From NCBI GenBank assembly GCA_964540475.1, contig CAZIMC010000003.1, positions 40,789 to 104,788 of the forward strand: a stretch of 64,000 nt of DNA, given 5' to 3'. This document shows positions 26,804 to 37,784 of the stretch, one piece after another (the first letter of the stretch is position 1; the number at the start of each line of letters is the position of its first letter). The notes under the pieces were generated by a model. The model searched no databases. It was not told the DNA's origin and saw only the letters and a list, made by a program, of their open reading frames with translations. The DNA comes from an uncultured Gammaproteobacteria bacterium (GTDB lineage Bacteria > Patescibacteriota > Microgenomatia > UBA8517). A program made the translations under genes and the position numbers.

Positions 26804-27385
26804 ATGGTATTTGTTTTATTGGCTGTTCTTGCGGTATTGGCCTTGTGGGTTATTTCCACTTATAATTTTTTTGTTTCCTCGAAAGCACGCATCAAAGCCT
26901 CGATCCAGGAAATTGGCAATCAGCTTAAGCGACAAGCAGATTTGATCCCGAATCTTGAGTCTTCGGTAAAAGGGTACATGACCCATGAAAAGGATGTCTT
27001 TAAAATGCTTACAGACGCAAGAAAGGCAGTTGCCCAAGCCGCAGGAAGCGGGAATTTGGAAAAAATGGCGGCGGCGGAGTCAAAACTGAATGACGTACTC
27101 CCCAGGCTTACAATTGCCGTTGAAAGCAATCCTGAACTTAAAGCCAGCGAGGTTGTAGGGAATCTAATGAATGAGCTCCGTGACACTGCTGACAAAGTTA
27201 TGTATGCAAGAAGGCTTCTTATTGACCTGACTGCGGATTACAATGTTCGCAGAGTTACTTTCCCCTCAAGCATTGTGGCTTCAATGTTTAATTTTACTGA
27301 GCTAAAAGGCTTGGAAACTTCAGAAACCGGGGAACACCTGGCAGTATCTCAGACTGAGATGAAAACACCGAAGGTTGGGCTTTAG
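26804..27385 (+). CDS. lemA: LemA-family membrane protein
   Basis: N-terminal TM then YNFFVSSKARIKASIQEIGNQLKRQADLIPNL, typical of LemA. Confidence 0.8.
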   Translation: MVFVLLAVLAVLALWVISTYNFFVSSKARIKASIQEIGNQLKRQADLIPNLESSVKGYMTHEKDVFKMLTDARKAVAQAAGSGNLEKMAAAESKLNDVLPRLTIAVESNPELKASEVVGNLMNELRDTADKVMYARRLLIDLTADYNVRRVTFPSSIVASMFNFTELKGLETSETGEHLAVSQTEMKTPKVGL

Positions 27386-27418
27386 ATCCTCCTTCGCTAA
27401 AGCTACGAAAAGGACAAA

Positions 27419-28342
27419 GTGAAAAACATTTATGAAGTTGCTGTATCAAATCAGCGTAAGAGTGCAGTTATAATCATTGGATTTTTAATCTTTATAGCTG
27501 TTTCTGTTTACGTTCTTTCGCAAGCCTTTGCGATTTACTTAGGCTATGAGCCTGGTGGTTTAGGGATTGCCGGAATTGCGTTAATTATTTCGGGTGTGAC
27601 AACTTTTATAAGTTACTACTTTAGCGACAAAATTGTTTTGGCAATTTCGGGAGCACGACCCGCAGACAGGCGAAGGGATTTTGAGTTTTTCACAGTTGCC
27701 GAGAATTTAAGTTTGGGAGCAGGGTTACCCAAACCACGACTATATGTTATAGAAGACTCAGCCCCCAATGCTTTTGCAACAGGTAGAGACCCAGACCATG
27801 CTGTAGTGGCCGCAACTACTGGCTTACTTGCAAAGCTCACCAGAACCGAACTGGAAGGTGTAGTTGCACACGAGTTGGCCCACATAAAACATTACGATAT
27901 CCAGCTTATGTCCGTTGTGGCTGTGATGGTAGGATTTGTTGCGCTTTTGGCAGATATTTTTCTTCGTACGAGTTTTCATGCAAGAGGGGATGACCGAAGA
28001 GGCAGTATCGGAAGCGTAATCATAATTCTAGGTATTGTATTTGCGATCCTTTCTCCCTTTATTGCCCAGCTTATTAAATTAGCAATTTCAAGAAGGCGTG
28101 AGTTTATGGCAGACGCCGGGTCCGTTGCAATAACAAGGCAACCAGCTGGTTTAATTTCTGCACTGCAAAAAATATCTGCCGATCATGAGCCACTCGAAGT
28201 TGCCAATAAAGCAACTGCGCATCTATATATCGTCAACCCATTTAAAGAGAAAGGCCACGGGGCGGTTGATAAATTTGCCAATCTTTTTAATACACATCCT
28301 CCACTTTCCGAAAGAATCAAGGCGCTTGAGCAAATGGCCTAA
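27419..28342 (+). CDS. htpX: M48 zinc metalloprotease HtpX-like; GTG start with AAGGA SD
   Basis: HELAHIKHYD zinc-binding HExxH; 4 TM; the LemA-HtpX pairing is a known conserved gene pair. Confidence 0.8.
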   Translation: MKNIYEVAVSNQRKSAVIIIGFLIFIAVSVYVLSQAFAIYLGYEPGGLGIAGIALIISGVTTFISYYFSDKIVLAISGARPADRRRDFEFFTVAENLSLGAGLPKPRLYVIEDSAPNAFATGRDPDHAVVAATTGLLAKLTRTELEGVVAHELAHIKHYDIQLMSVVAVMVGFVALLADIFLRTSFHARGDDRRGSIGSVIIILGIVFAILSPFIAQLIKLAISRRREFMADAGSVAITRQPAGLISALQKISADHEPLEVANKATAHLYIVNPFKEKGHGAVDKFANLFNTHPPLSERIKALEQMA

Positions 28343-28378
28343 TTGTTTTTTATTTAAAGCAGTGATATAACACTAGTA

Positions 28379-28726
28379 ATGTATCCTGACAAAGAAGGGC
28401 CCTCACAAAGAGAAGTTGCATTATCTGACTTGAAAATGGCATGGATAGAATCAATCGCTGTCGGGCTAGGTGAGGAGGAAGCCGTCGATGAAAGGTTTAA
28501 TAATGCATTGACCAGAGCGGTGGAATCAGGTGCCACAGAGTATGACTTATTAAAAGCCAGATTTTTAGCTGAACCTCAAGAAAACCGACAAAAGGCTCTT
28601 TTTGATGAAGCAACAACAGATATTGAGTATAGATTGCAAACTTTAAAACAAGCAGCAGAATTTTTCTCAGCTCTCCTCCGAATTAAGGAAGAATTTGGCT
28701 TGAAAGACCCTTTCAGCGACAAATAA
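28379..28726 (+). CDS. Hypothetical acidic soluble protein
   Basis: ORF only; no recognisable motif. Confidence 0.4.
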   Translation: MYPDKEGPSQREVALSDLKMAWIESIAVGLGEEEAVDERFNNALTRAVESGATEYDLLKARFLAEPQENRQKALFDEATTDIEYRLQTLKQAAEFFSALLRIKEEFGLKDPFSDK

Positions 28727-28742
28727 CTATTTTAAAAGTCTT

Positions 28743-28771
28743 CTTGATGAATTGCTTCTGTAAGACTAATA
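28743..28771 (+). promoter_or_regulatory. Promoter TTGATG-17 nt-TAATAT ending about 8 nt before the gatC ATG (coordinates +/-1)
   Basis: Hexamers read in the 28727-28779 intergenic region. Confidence 0.4.
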
Positions 28772-28779
28772 TATGAACT

Positions 28780-29088
28780 ATGGCAAAGCTGACTAAGCAG
28801 GACGTTTTGCATGTTGCCAAACTTGCAAATTTAAACTTAACGCCTCAGGAAACTCAAAAGTATTTAAAACAACTCTCTTCTGTTGTTGATTATGTAGGAC
28901 AGCTGAGTGGCGTTGATACTTCTAACACCGAACCCACCAGTCAAACCACTGGACTTAATAACCTAACCAGGGAGGATAATACAAACCCGATACAAACGCT
29001 TAGCGCTGAAAAGGCAGTTTCTTCGACTACCAATGTTCACAATAACCTGTTTGTTGTTGAAGCACTGTTAAAAGAGAAAAGAGAATAA
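28780..29088 (+). CDS. gatC: Glu-tRNA(Gln)/Asp-tRNA(Asn) amidotransferase subunit C
   Basis: LTKQDVLHVAKLANLNLTPQE is the typical GatC N-terminus; directly precedes gatA. Confidence 0.8.
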   Translation: MAKLTKQDVLHVAKLANLNLTPQETQKYLKQLSSVVDYVGQLSGVDTSNTEPTSQTTGLNNLTREDNTNPIQTLSAEKAVSSTTNVHNNLFVVEALLKEKRE

Positions 29089-29089
29089 A

Positions 29090-30502
29090 ATGAACTTGCC
29101 GAAAACCATCAATGAAGCACAAGGACTGTTAAAGTCAAAAAAGGTAACGGCTACCGAGTTAACCCGTGAATTTTTGGGTAGGATAAAAAAGCTTGATAAA
29201 AAGCTAAATAGTTTCATAACCATAACTGAAGAGAAAGCCCTGGAGGATGCTAAAAGGGTAGATGGTTTAATTAAATCTGAAAGTGAAGAAGTTTTTAACG
29301 AATATCCTTTGCTCGGAGTACCTATTGCTCACAAAGATCTCTATTTAACTGAAGGAATTAAAACAACGGCAGGTTCTAAGGTTTTGGAAAACTATATACC
29401 ACAATATTCTTCAACAGTAGTAAAAAGAATTGAAGCAGCGGGGGCAATTCTACTTGGCAAAACCAATTGTGATGCCTGGGCACACGGAGCCTCGGGAGAG
29501 AATTCAGATTTTGGACCAACAAAAAACCCCAGGGATATAGAATATGTACCCGGCGGGTCCTCCAGTGGTTCTGCTGCTGCTACTGCAGCTAATTTAACAG
29601 TGGTTGCAACAGGTACAGATACAGGCGGGTCAATCAGACAGCCTGCGAACTTTTCAGGAGTATACGGACTAAAACCCACTTATGGTGCAGTTTCCAGATA
29701 TGGCGTTGTTGCGATGGCATCTTCTTTAGACAGCATGGGTTGTTTTGCAAAGTGCACATCGGATTTGGAAACAATCTTTAATGCTACAAGGGGGTTTGAT
29801 GGTTTAGATAGTACATTGGCGGAATACCAGGCAGATAATCAATCTGGAAACAGAAAACTTAAGATTGGAATACCGAAGGAATATTTCATTGACGGGCTAG
29901 ATAGTCAGGTTCGGGAAAAAGTTCTTGAAGCCGCGAAAATATTTGAAAAAGATGGAATTGAACTTGTTGATATAAGCTTGCCGCATACAAAATATGCGAT
30001 ATCAGTCTACTACATTATCCAGCCCGCGGAGGTCTCCTCGAACTTAGGAAGGTATGATGGGGTCAGGTATGGAAACAAGCGAGCCTCTTTTGGGGACGAA
30101 GCAAAACGCAGGATTATGCTTGGGACTTATGTTTTATCTGCCGGCTATTATGATGCTTATTATCTAAAGGCCATGAAGGTTCGCTCAAAAATCGTTGAGG
30201 ATTTTGACAAGGCTTTTGGGGAGGTGGATGCAATTCTTGCTCCTGTTTCTCCAACACCACCTTTCAGGATTGGAGAAAAGGCGTCTGACCCACTCCAAAT
30301 GTACTTAGCAGACATATATACCGTGGCTGCCAATTTAGCGGGTATTTGCGGTATTAGTATTCCTTTTGGATTTACCCATAACGGTTTGCCACTGGGTTTC
30401 CAGTTACTGGGCGCACGGTTTGCTGAGCCTACCATATTCGCCCTGGGAGAAAAGTTTGAAAAGCTGACAGATTTTAAACCGCAGGTGGCAGAAATGGTAT
30501 GA
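29090..30502 (+). CDS. gatA: Amidotransferase subunit A (amidase signature enzyme)
   Basis: GGSSSGSAAA amidase-signature Ser-cisSer-Lys region; 470 aa. Confidence 0.9.
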   Translation: MNLPKTINEAQGLLKSKKVTATELTREFLGRIKKLDKKLNSFITITEEKALEDAKRVDGLIKSESEEVFNEYPLLGVPIAHKDLYLTEGIKTTAGSKVLENYIPQYSSTVVKRIEAAGAILLGKTNCDAWAHGASGENSDFGPTKNPRDIEYVPGGSSSGSAAATAANLTVVATGTDTGGSIRQPANFSGVYGLKPTYGAVSRYGVVAMASSLDSMGCFAKCTSDLETIFNATRGFDGLDSTLAEYQADNQSGNRKLKIGIPKEYFIDGLDSQVREKVLEAAKIFEKDGIELVDISLPHTKYAISVYYIIQPAEVSSNLGRYDGVRYGNKRASFGDEAKRRIMLGTYVLSAGYYDAYYLKAMKVRSKIVEDFDKAFGEVDAILAPVSPTPPFRIGEKASDPLQMYLADIYTVAANLAGICGISIPFGFTHNGLPLGFQLLGARFAEPTIFALGEKFEKLTDFKPQVAEMV

Positions 30503-31755
30503 AAGATTTTAAACCGTTACTCAAAAACAATAAGTTCATATTTCTTTGGATTTCGCAAATATTTTCCCAGCTAACTATCAATATCATGAACTTCGTGCTT
30601 TTGGTAAGAATTATTGCAATTACAAACTCAGCAATTGCTGCCTCGCTCCTCTGGATTGCCTATGCCCTGCCTGCAATTCTAATTGGTCCTTTCGCAGCTG
30701 CGGCATCGGACATGTTTGAGAGGCGGAGAGTTTTGATGTTAAGCAACCTTTTTCAGTCGGTAGTGGTTTTTTTGTATGCACTTTCGCACAATGAAAGGTT
30801 CTTTCTACTTTTCGGGCTGGTTTTTGCATACTCTCTATTAAATCAGTTTTATATTCCCACCGAACACGCTTCACTTCCTTCCATAGTTTCAAAAAAATAC
30901 CTTCCATTTGCAAATAGTCTATTCTTTTTGACTCAGCAGTCAGCAATCGTATTGGGCTTTGGTTTAGGTGGATTAATTCTAAGCCACCTTCGTTTTACAA
31001 ACTCACTTTACTTGTGCAGTTTTTTCCTGTTCATGGCATTTATAAGTGTTAGCTTATTACCTAAACTTAGTAACACAAAGAAGTTTGCTAGAAATATCGA
31101 GGCTGGCCTGGTTATCTTTTTTAAGAGAATTAGCGAGGGCTATAATTTTATCAAAGAGCATAATTCCATATTGTTTCCGTTTCTTCTGTTGATTGGTATG
31201 CAAGTTGGGATGGCTATAGTCGCCGTTAACGTACCTATTTTTGCTAGAGAAATTTTAGGCTTAAGTATTATTTCAGCCGGTTTGGGGGTCGTTGTGCCGG
31301 CAGGGGTTGGTGCAGTTGTCGGTGCCATTGCCATATCAAAGCTGCTTAAAAACGGAATACGTAAAAAGAAAATCATTGAAACATCCCTGTTTGTATTAGG
31401 TTTAACAGCCTTTTGTCTGGTGTGGATTTTGGATAAACTACCAATGTTATCAAAATCCGTAGTGGGCTCGATGTTGCTATTTCTTATCGGTGCCGCCTTT
31501 TTAGGAGTAGTTATACCCTCACAAACTTATCTGCAAGAGGCAACTCCGGGTGGTTTAAGAGGTAGGGTTTTCGGTAATTTCTGGTTTTTAACTACGATAG
31601 CAACAGTTGTGCCCATATTATTTTCAGCAACATTAACAGAGGTATTTGGAATTAGATTTTTAATATTTATGATATCGTTAACATTGTTTGCAGTGTTTTA
31701 TGTAGCAAAAAAATTCGGTATTACCGTTTTATTTAAAGGCTATTTAATTAAATGA
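30499..31755 (+). CDS. MFS-family transporter inserted between gatA and gatB (ATGA overlaps on both sides)
   Basis: 12 predicted TM helices; MFS-like loop motifs ([16 protein letters not shown]). Confidence 0.75.
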   Translation: MKDFKPLLKNNKFIFLWISQIFSQLTINIMNFVLLVRIIAITNSAIAASLLWIAYALPAILIGPFAAAASDMFERRRVLMLSNLFQSVVVFLYALSHNERFFLLFGLVFAYSLLNQFYIPTEHASLPSIVSKKYLPFANSLFFLTQQSAIVLGFGLGGLILSHLRFTNSLYLCSFFLFMAFISVSLLPKLSNTKKFARNIEAGLVIFFKRISEGYNFIKEHNSILFPFLLLIGMQVGMAIVAVNVPIFAREILGLSIISAGLGVVVPAGVGAVVGAIAISKLLKNGIRKKKIIETSLFVLGLTAFCLVWILDKLPMLSKSVVGSMLLFLIGAAFLGVVIPSQTYLQEATPGGLRGRVFGNFWFLTTIATVVPILFSATLTEVFGIRFLIFMISLTLFAVFYVAKKFGITVLFKGYLIK

Positions 31756-33143
31756 AATCTTATATTCCAGTAATTGGTCTTGAGATACATATTGAGCTTT
31801 CTACAAAGTCGAAAATGTTTTGTGGATGTCGGGCGGACCATTTCGGAAAAAAACCAAATACCCAGGTTTGCCCAGTATGTTTAGGTTTGCCAGGAGCTCT
31901 TCCATACGCCAATAAGATTGCCATTAAGGACACGGTCAAATTTGCACTAGCGTTCGGCTGCACTATTTCCGAGTTTAGCAAATTTGATAGAAAACACTAT
32001 TTCTACCCGGATCTTCCAAAAGGTTACCAAATTTCGCAATACGATCTTCCGTTTGGGACCAATGGTTCATGGGAAGAGGACGGAAAAAAGGTGAAAATAC
32101 GGCGCATTCATTTGGAAGAGGATACAGGTAAGCTAATTCATCAGGAAGTGGGGGGTAGAAAAGTTTCGCTTGTGGATTTTAACCGAAGTGGGGTTCCACT
32201 TATGGAGCTTGTAACCGAGCCGGATTTTGATGATCCTGCCGAAGTCGGAGGGTTTCTGAGAGATGTACAGGCTACAGCCAGAGCACTTGGTATTTCTAAT
32301 GCAGACATGGAGAAAGGGTCGATGAGGCTTGAGGCAAATGTTTCTTTGTCTGATACCTTTACTCCCAAAGGAAGATTGCCTACCGATTTATCGTCACTAA
32401 AAAAGATAGAAAGTGAACATATTGGGTATCAAGATTTGGCACTACCTGATTACAAGGTGGAACTTAAAAACATAAACTCCTTCAGATTTCTGGAAAAAGC
32501 AATACGTGCCGAACTCGAAAGACAAAAAGAATTGTTAGAAAGAGGCGAAAGGGTTGTGCAGGAAACAAGGGGTTACAACGAAACAAGAAATGAAACATTT
32601 TCCCAAAGGACGAAAGAGGAGGCGCAAGACTACAGATACTTTCCGGAGCCTGATTTACCGCCAGTCACATTTACAAATGATGAAATCGATAACCTGCAAA
32701 AGAGTTTGCCAGAACTCCCCAGACAAATCAGAGAAAGGTTTATTAACGTATATTCTTTACCGGAAAATTATGCAGATATATTAATTTCGACAAATCGCGC
32801 GAGTTACTTTTTCAAGGCATATGAGCTATCTCTTGGTAAAGTATCATCGACCAAACTGGCAGACTTAATGGTTAATAAAAACCTAGACAAAAGTTATCCA
32901 GAGCCTGAAAAATTTGTTAAAAAGTTATTAGAGCTGACGCAGATTACCTATTCAACAGAAGAAGAAGTTGAGGCTGCAGTCTCTAATGTAATTTCAGAGC
33001 AGGAGAAAGCGGTAAGTGATTATAAAGAGGGAAAAGTACAAGTTATGGGGTTTTTAATTGGAATGGTTCAGAAGAAGCTTCAAGGTAAAGGGGAACCTAA
33101 AGTAATCACCCAAACCCTTCTCAAAGCCCTCCGGGAAGTGTAA
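31752..33143 (+). CDS. gatB: Amidotransferase subunit B
   Basis: [13 protein letters not shown]...CGC and the C-terminal YqeY-like tail typical of GatB. Confidence 0.9.
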   Translation: MKSYIPVIGLEIHIELSTKSKMFCGCRADHFGKKPNTQVCPVCLGLPGALPYANKIAIKDTVKFALAFGCTISEFSKFDRKHYFYPDLPKGYQISQYDLPFGTNGSWEEDGKKVKIRRIHLEEDTGKLIHQEVGGRKVSLVDFNRSGVPLMELVTEPDFDDPAEVGGFLRDVQATARALGISNADMEKGSMRLEANVSLSDTFTPKGRLPTDLSSLKKIESEHIGYQDLALPDYKVELKNINSFRFLEKAIRAELERQKELLERGERVVQETRGYNETRNETFSQRTKEEAQDYRYFPEPDLPPVTFTNDEIDNLQKSLPELPRQIRERFINVYSLPENYADILISTNRASYFFKAYELSLGKVSSTKLADLMVNKNLDKSYPEPEKFVKKLLELTQITYSTEEEVEAAVSNVISEQEKAVSDYKEGKVQVMGFLIGMVQKKLQGKGEPKVITQTLLKALREV

Positions 33144-33151
33144 AATGAGGT

Positions 33152-33877
33152 ATGGCAGAAGCTGGTGATTCAGGAATTCCAGGATTAGAAACTAGCCCCT
33201 TTGACCCAAAGTTTGAGAGCATGCAGGCCAGGAGTGAGTACATGAATAGACTCTTTGAGACTAGAATGAAAGATCCGCGTTTCCAAAGAAGAGTTGATAT
33301 TCTGAGGCAGTTGTTCCAGGAAGATCCTGAAACAGCTATAAAACAAGCAGCTTTAAATGAAGAGTTGGCTGCATTTGATAAACTGACAGGTCTTGATTCA
33401 AAGATGCAATTCGAAATACAAATGTCTATACGATTTAGCAGAATCAAGCGTAGAGAAGCAAAAGGGGAGGAGTCCAAGCCTTTCGCACTTCTTTTCGTAG
33501 ATGCAAATAACTTAAAGTTTGTTAACGATAATGTACAACTGGGTGGTCACCAAAAAGGAGATGAATATCTCAGAGCTGTAGGAGAAGTTTTAGCGGGTGT
33601 TAGAGAAGTAGACACAGCAGCCAGAATAGGTGGCGATGAGTTTGCTGTGATTTTGGATGATACGACAGAAGACGGAGCAAGGTTGGCAATTCAACGTTTT
33701 AAAGAAAATTTTGAAAAAATTAAAAATGAAAGAGGGCTACCAGAAGCCACAGGTTTAAGTATCGGAACAGCACAGTGGAAACCTGGTATGGACTATTTGG
33801 AACTGGTTAGATTAGCTGACGAAAACATGTATGAAGATAAACGAAGATCAAAAGCACAAGACATTAATGACCAGTAA
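33152..33877 (+). CDS. GGDEF-domain protein (putative diguanylate cyclase) with a short N-terminal helical region
   Basis: Intact RIGGDEFAV active-site motif and upstream LLFVDANNLKFVND...GH substrate-binding region. Confidence 0.75.
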   Translation: MAEAGDSGIPGLETSPFDPKFESMQARSEYMNRLFETRMKDPRFQRRVDILRQLFQEDPETAIKQAALNEELAAFDKLTGLDSKMQFEIQMSIRFSRIKRREAKGEESKPFALLFVDANNLKFVNDNVQLGGHQKGDEYLRAVGEVLAGVREVDTAARIGGDEFAVILDDTTEDGARLAIQRFKENFEKIKNERGLPEATGLSIGTAQWKPGMDYLELVRLADENMYEDKRRSKAQDINDQ

Positions 33878-36800
33878 ATTTACACACCTACATCTTCACA
33901 CCGAGTATTCCCTTCTTGACGGGCTGTCTAAAATTGACAGGCTTATTAATCATGCAAAAGAGTTGGGGATGGACACTTTAGCCATAACAGACCATGGAGC
34001 AATGTATGGGGCTGTTGATTTTTATAAGCGGTGTAAGGCTGCCGAGATCAAGCCAATAATCGGTTTTGAAGCTTATACGACCAATGTGGATCACAAAGAA
34101 AGGCCTGAACGGGGAAAGTTTCAGAATTTCCATTTATTGATGCTAGCCAAAGACGAAGAAGGGTATAAAAATCTGATGAAATTAACCTCAATTGCCCATT
34201 GTGAAGGATATTATTACCGCCCCAGGTTCGATCGCGAGACACTCAAAAAGCACTCAAAAGGCATAATTGTTACTTCAGCTTGTGCGCAGGGAGAGGTTGC
34301 GCAGGCTTTAATAAAAGACGATCATGAATCGGCAAAAAAAACGGTTGAGTGGTTTTTGGATGTTTTTGGCAAAGATTATTATTTGGAGGTTCAACGCCAC
34401 AAATACGAAAAATATCTTCCACAAGCTTCAGATGAAGAGATCCGAAAGAATCTGATTGAGATGGCCGAGAGTGAGAAGAAGATTAATGAAGGGGTTGTCA
34501 AATTAAGCGAGGAATACGGCATTCCAATTGTTGCCACCAACGATGCTCATTATGTTAAAAAAGAGGATGCTACGGCCCAGGACACACTGCTTTGCATTGC
34601 AACCGGTAAAAATGTATCAGATACTAAGCGGCTACGCTTTATTGACACGCCAAGCTTTTATGTGACTTCAAGAGAAGAAATGCAGGCGCTTTTCCCAGAT
34701 ATGCCAGAGGCTCTAGAAAACACCAATCAGGTGGCTGATAAATGCGATCTTGAAATCTCAACTCTCGGAAAGTGGTTTTTCCCTAAATTTGAAGTACCCG
34801 AAAACTTAGACGAATCTGAGTATTTAAAAAAATTGGTTTACGAACGAGCAGAAGAAAAAGTAGGTGAAATTACGCAAGATTTAAAAAGTAGGTTAGAACT
34901 TGAGTTGGGAGTAATAATAGATAAAGGATATGCTCCCTACTTTTTAATCGTTATGGATATGGTCAACTGGGCGAATGAAAGGGGGATTATTACAAATACC
35001 AGAGGTTCAGCCGCAGGGAGCTTGGTCTCATTCATTCTTGGTATTACAACCGTAAATCCCATCACTTACTATTTGCCATTTGAACGATTTCTAAATCCTT
35101 TCAGGCCTTCCCCTCCGGATATAGATTTTGATGTTTCAGACACAAGGCGGGAAGAAGTCATTGCCTATATAACCGAAAAATACGGCAAGGAGAAAGTAGC
35201 CCAAATCTGCACATTCGGAAGAATGCTTTCAAGAGCTGCTGTAAGGGATGTTGCTAGAGTTTTGGGCTATCCCTATGCAACAGGAGACAGGATTTCAAAA
35301 ATGATTCCGCCACCCAAGCAAGGTTTTCCAATAACCATTCCCAAGGCTTTTGATGAAGTGCCGGAATTAAAGCAGATTTATGAATCTGACTCTGATGCCA
35401 AAAGGATTTTGGACTTAGCTCAACAAATTGAAGGAAATGCAAGGCACCTCTCTGTTCATGCGGCAGGTGTTGTGGTTTCACCTACCGAAATTACAGATTT
35501 TAGTCCAATTCAAAAGGAGCCCTCGGGTGAGAAGATAATTACTCAATACGAAATGCATGCCTGCGAAGACGTGGGGTTAATAAAATTTGACATTTTGGGT
35601 ATTAGAAACCTCTCAATTTTGGGGTCTGCAATTGAAGTTGTTAATAATACTTTAGGTAAAAACATTAAATTAGGTGAAATTCCACTAGATGATAAAAAGA
35701 CTTTTGACATGCTTGGTCGCGGAGAAACGATGGGAGTTTTCCAGCTATCAAGCTCTGGTATGACAAAGCATCTTAAAGACCTGAAGCCTGAAAGAATTGA
35801 AGACCTAATGGCCATGGTTGCTTTATATCGTCCTGGGCCTATGGCAGTTATTCCTGAATACATAAAACGAAAACAAAATCCAAAACTTGTTAAGTATTTA
35901 GATCCGAGAATGGAAAAGTTCCTGGAGAGCTCTTATGGCCTAATTGTGTATCAGGACGATTTACTCTTCTGCGCACTCGATTTGGCTGGTTACACTTGGG
36001 AAGAGGCAGACAAATTTAGAAAAGCGGTTGGTAAGAAAATTCCTGAAGAAATGGCAGCTCAGAAAGAAAAATTTACAAGCGGAATAATTGCTAAAGGACG
36101 GGATAGAGAGTTTGCAGAAACACTTTGGAAACTTTTTGAGCCATTCCAGGCGTATGGTTTTAATAAGGCGCATGCTGCTAGCTATGGGGTAATTGCATAC
36201 TATACAGCTTATATGAAGGCTAATTTTCCAGCAGAGTATATGGCCTCACTTTTAACTGCCGAAAGTAACGATGCGGATAAAGTTTCGGCAGCAATTAGTG
36301 AATGCAGAAGAATGGGCATAAAAGTATTACCTCCTGACATAAATGAATCTCAAGTTGGGTTTAGTATAGCTCCCGATAAGGATTCACTAAATAATAAGGC
36401 AATTCGATTCGGGCTTGATGCAATTAAAAATGTTGGTGCTGCTGCAATACAGTCAATATTGGAAGCTAGAAATGTGCGTCAGTTTAACTCTTTTGCAGAT
36501 TTTATTACAAGGGTAGACAATCGAAAATGTAACAAAAAGGTTTTAGAAAGCCTAATTAAGGTGGGTGCAATGTCCTTATTTGGAAGTCGGGCAGCGCTGC
36601 TTTCTTCAATCGATAAGATCAGAGAGAAGGCCCCAAGGCACAAAACTCACGAGGGTCAGGGTGACTTGTTTGGGGCTACTGATAAAGTTGAGACCGCCTC
36701 CTTCGAGATAATAGTTGACAGTACAGTTAGTGAATTTAGCCAAGACGAACTACAAGCACTTGAAAGACAACTTTTGGGATTTTCATTGTCTGCAAAGCCA

Positions 36801-37382
36801 TTGGGGGAGGTTCTGGCGCCAATTTCCCACGCTGCAACTCATAAAATATTTGAGGTTTCTGCGAGCGACAAAGTAGGAGAGAAGGTAAGTATTGCTGCAG
36901 TAGTGTCAGAGGTGAGGGTTGTTTTAACAAAAGCAACTGGTGCTGAAATGGCATTTGTAAAGGTTGAAGACGATACTGGCTCTGTTGATTTAGTAGTTTT
37001 CCCCAAACTTTATAAGGCTACCCGTGATATTTGGGTTACTGCAAAGCCGTTGCTAATATCCGGGAAAATTGACAACCGAGACGATTCTACTTCATTGATA
37101 GTTGAATCAATAGAAACAAAAGAAACTGTCAAAGACACTCTCGATTCAGTTTATGCTCCTGTAAGTCCGTCTGCTAAGGTTTTTATAAAAATACCCGCAA
37201 ACGTAACTGCTGAGAAGTTGAACAGCTTAAAAAGCGTTTTAGTCGCAAACCGCGGTGACCAGGAAGTAAGTCTTGTATTTGAAAAAAACAACAAGAGTAT
37301 GGATCTTCCAATCAGGATATCATGGACAGAGGAAATTGCTCGCAAGATCGCTCAGATCTTTGATGGTAGCAGTCTTTCCTGA
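33831..37382 (+). CDS. dnaE: DNA polymerase III alpha subunit (a likelier start is the ATG at 33867, MTSKFTHLHLHTEYS)
   Basis: PHP domain HLHLHTEYSLLDG, polymerase core and OB-fold regions; 1183 aa. Confidence 0.95.
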   Translation: MKINEDQKHKTLMTSKFTHLHLHTEYSLLDGLSKIDRLINHAKELGMDTLAITDHGAMYGAVDFYKRCKAAEIKPIIGFEAYTTNVDHKERPERGKFQNFHLLMLAKDEEGYKNLMKLTSIAHCEGYYYRPRFDRETLKKHSKGIIVTSACAQGEVAQALIKDDHESAKKTVEWFLDVFGKDYYLEVQRHKYEKYLPQASDEEIRKNLIEMAESEKKINEGVVKLSEEYGIPIVATNDAHYVKKEDATAQDTLLCIATGKNVSDTKRLRFIDTPSFYVTSREEMQALFPDMPEALENTNQVADKCDLEISTLGKWFFPKFEVPENLDESEYLKKLVYERAEEKVGEITQDLKSRLELELGVIIDKGYAPYFLIVMDMVNWANERGIITNTRGSAAGSLVSFILGITTVNPITYYLPFERFLNPFRPSPPDIDFDVSDTRREEVIAYITEKYGKEKVAQICTFGRMLSRAAVRDVARVLGYPYATGDRISKMIPPPKQGFPITIPKAFDEVPELKQIYESDSDAKRILDLAQQIEGNARHLSVHAAGVVVSPTEITDFSPIQKEPSGEKIITQYEMHACEDVGLIKFDILGIRNLSILGSAIEVVNNTLGKNIKLGEIPLDDKKTFDMLGRGETMGVFQLSSSGMTKHLKDLKPERIEDLMAMVALYRPGPMAVIPEYIKRKQNPKLVKYLDPRMEKFLESSYGLIVYQDDLLFCALDLAGYTWEEADKFRKAVGKKIPEEMAAQKEKFTSGIIAKGRDREFAETLWKLFEPFQAYGFNKAHAASYGVIAYYTAYMKANFPAEYMASLLTAESNDADKVSAAISECRRMGIKVLPPDINESQVGFSIAPDKDSLNNKAIRFGLDAIKNVGAAAIQSILEARNVRQFNSFADFITRVDNRKCNKKVLESLIKVGAMSLFGSRAALLSSIDKIREKAPRHKTHEGQGDLFGATDKVETASFEIIVDSTVSEFSQDELQALERQLLGFSLSAKPLGEVLAPISHAATHKIFEVSASDKVGEKVSIAAVVSEVRVVLTKATGAEMAFVKVEDDTGSVDLVVFPKLYKATRDIWVTAKPLLISGKIDNRDDSTSLIVESIETKETVKDTLDSVYAPVSPSAKVFIKIPANVTAEKLNSLKSVLVANRGDQEVSLVFEKNNKSMDLPIRISWTEEIARKIAQIFDGSSLS

Positions 37383-37424
37383 TTCCTATAGCGTTTTTAG
37401 CCGTGATATAGTAGAATTTCACCT

Positions 37425-37784
37425 ATGGCACTTAAAATTAAACACAAGGAGATTGAATTCGGAATAGGTGACCGGGTACGCGTTCTTCAAAAGATTAAAG
37501 AGGGTGGGAAAATGAGGAATGCTGCCTTTGAAGGGATTGTTATTGCGATTAAAAATAGAGGCGATAACAAATCCTTTACTGTTCGAAAAGTGGGAGATTT
37601 AAACATCGGAATAGAAAGAATATTTCCCATAGCCTCTCCATTTATTGAGGAAGTTACTGTTGTTAAAAAGGGAACAACTGGCGCAAATAGGGCCAAACTT
37701 TATTACATTAGAGACAAAAACCCCCGCGAGATAGCCGAGATTTATTCCCGAGCCAACAGGCGTGAATCAGCCCAAGCAAAGTAA
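37425..37784 (+). CDS. rplS: 50S ribosomal protein L19
   Basis: GDRVRV...GKMRNAAFEGIVIAIKNRG pattern typical of L19. Confidence 0.9.
   Translation: MALKIKHKEIEFGIGDRVRVLQKIKEGGKMRNAAFEGIVIAIKNRGDNKSFTVRKVGDLNIGIERIFPIASPFIEEVTVVKKGTTGANRAKLYYIRDKNPREIAEIYSRANRRESAQAK

Noticed and set aside
30499-30502. Alternative genetic code (UGA as sense, as in Gracilibacteria/SR1)
   Set aside because: TGA terminates gatA and the MFS gene in ATGA overlaps. Long proteins such as DnaE, UvrA and IleRS are intact under the standard code.
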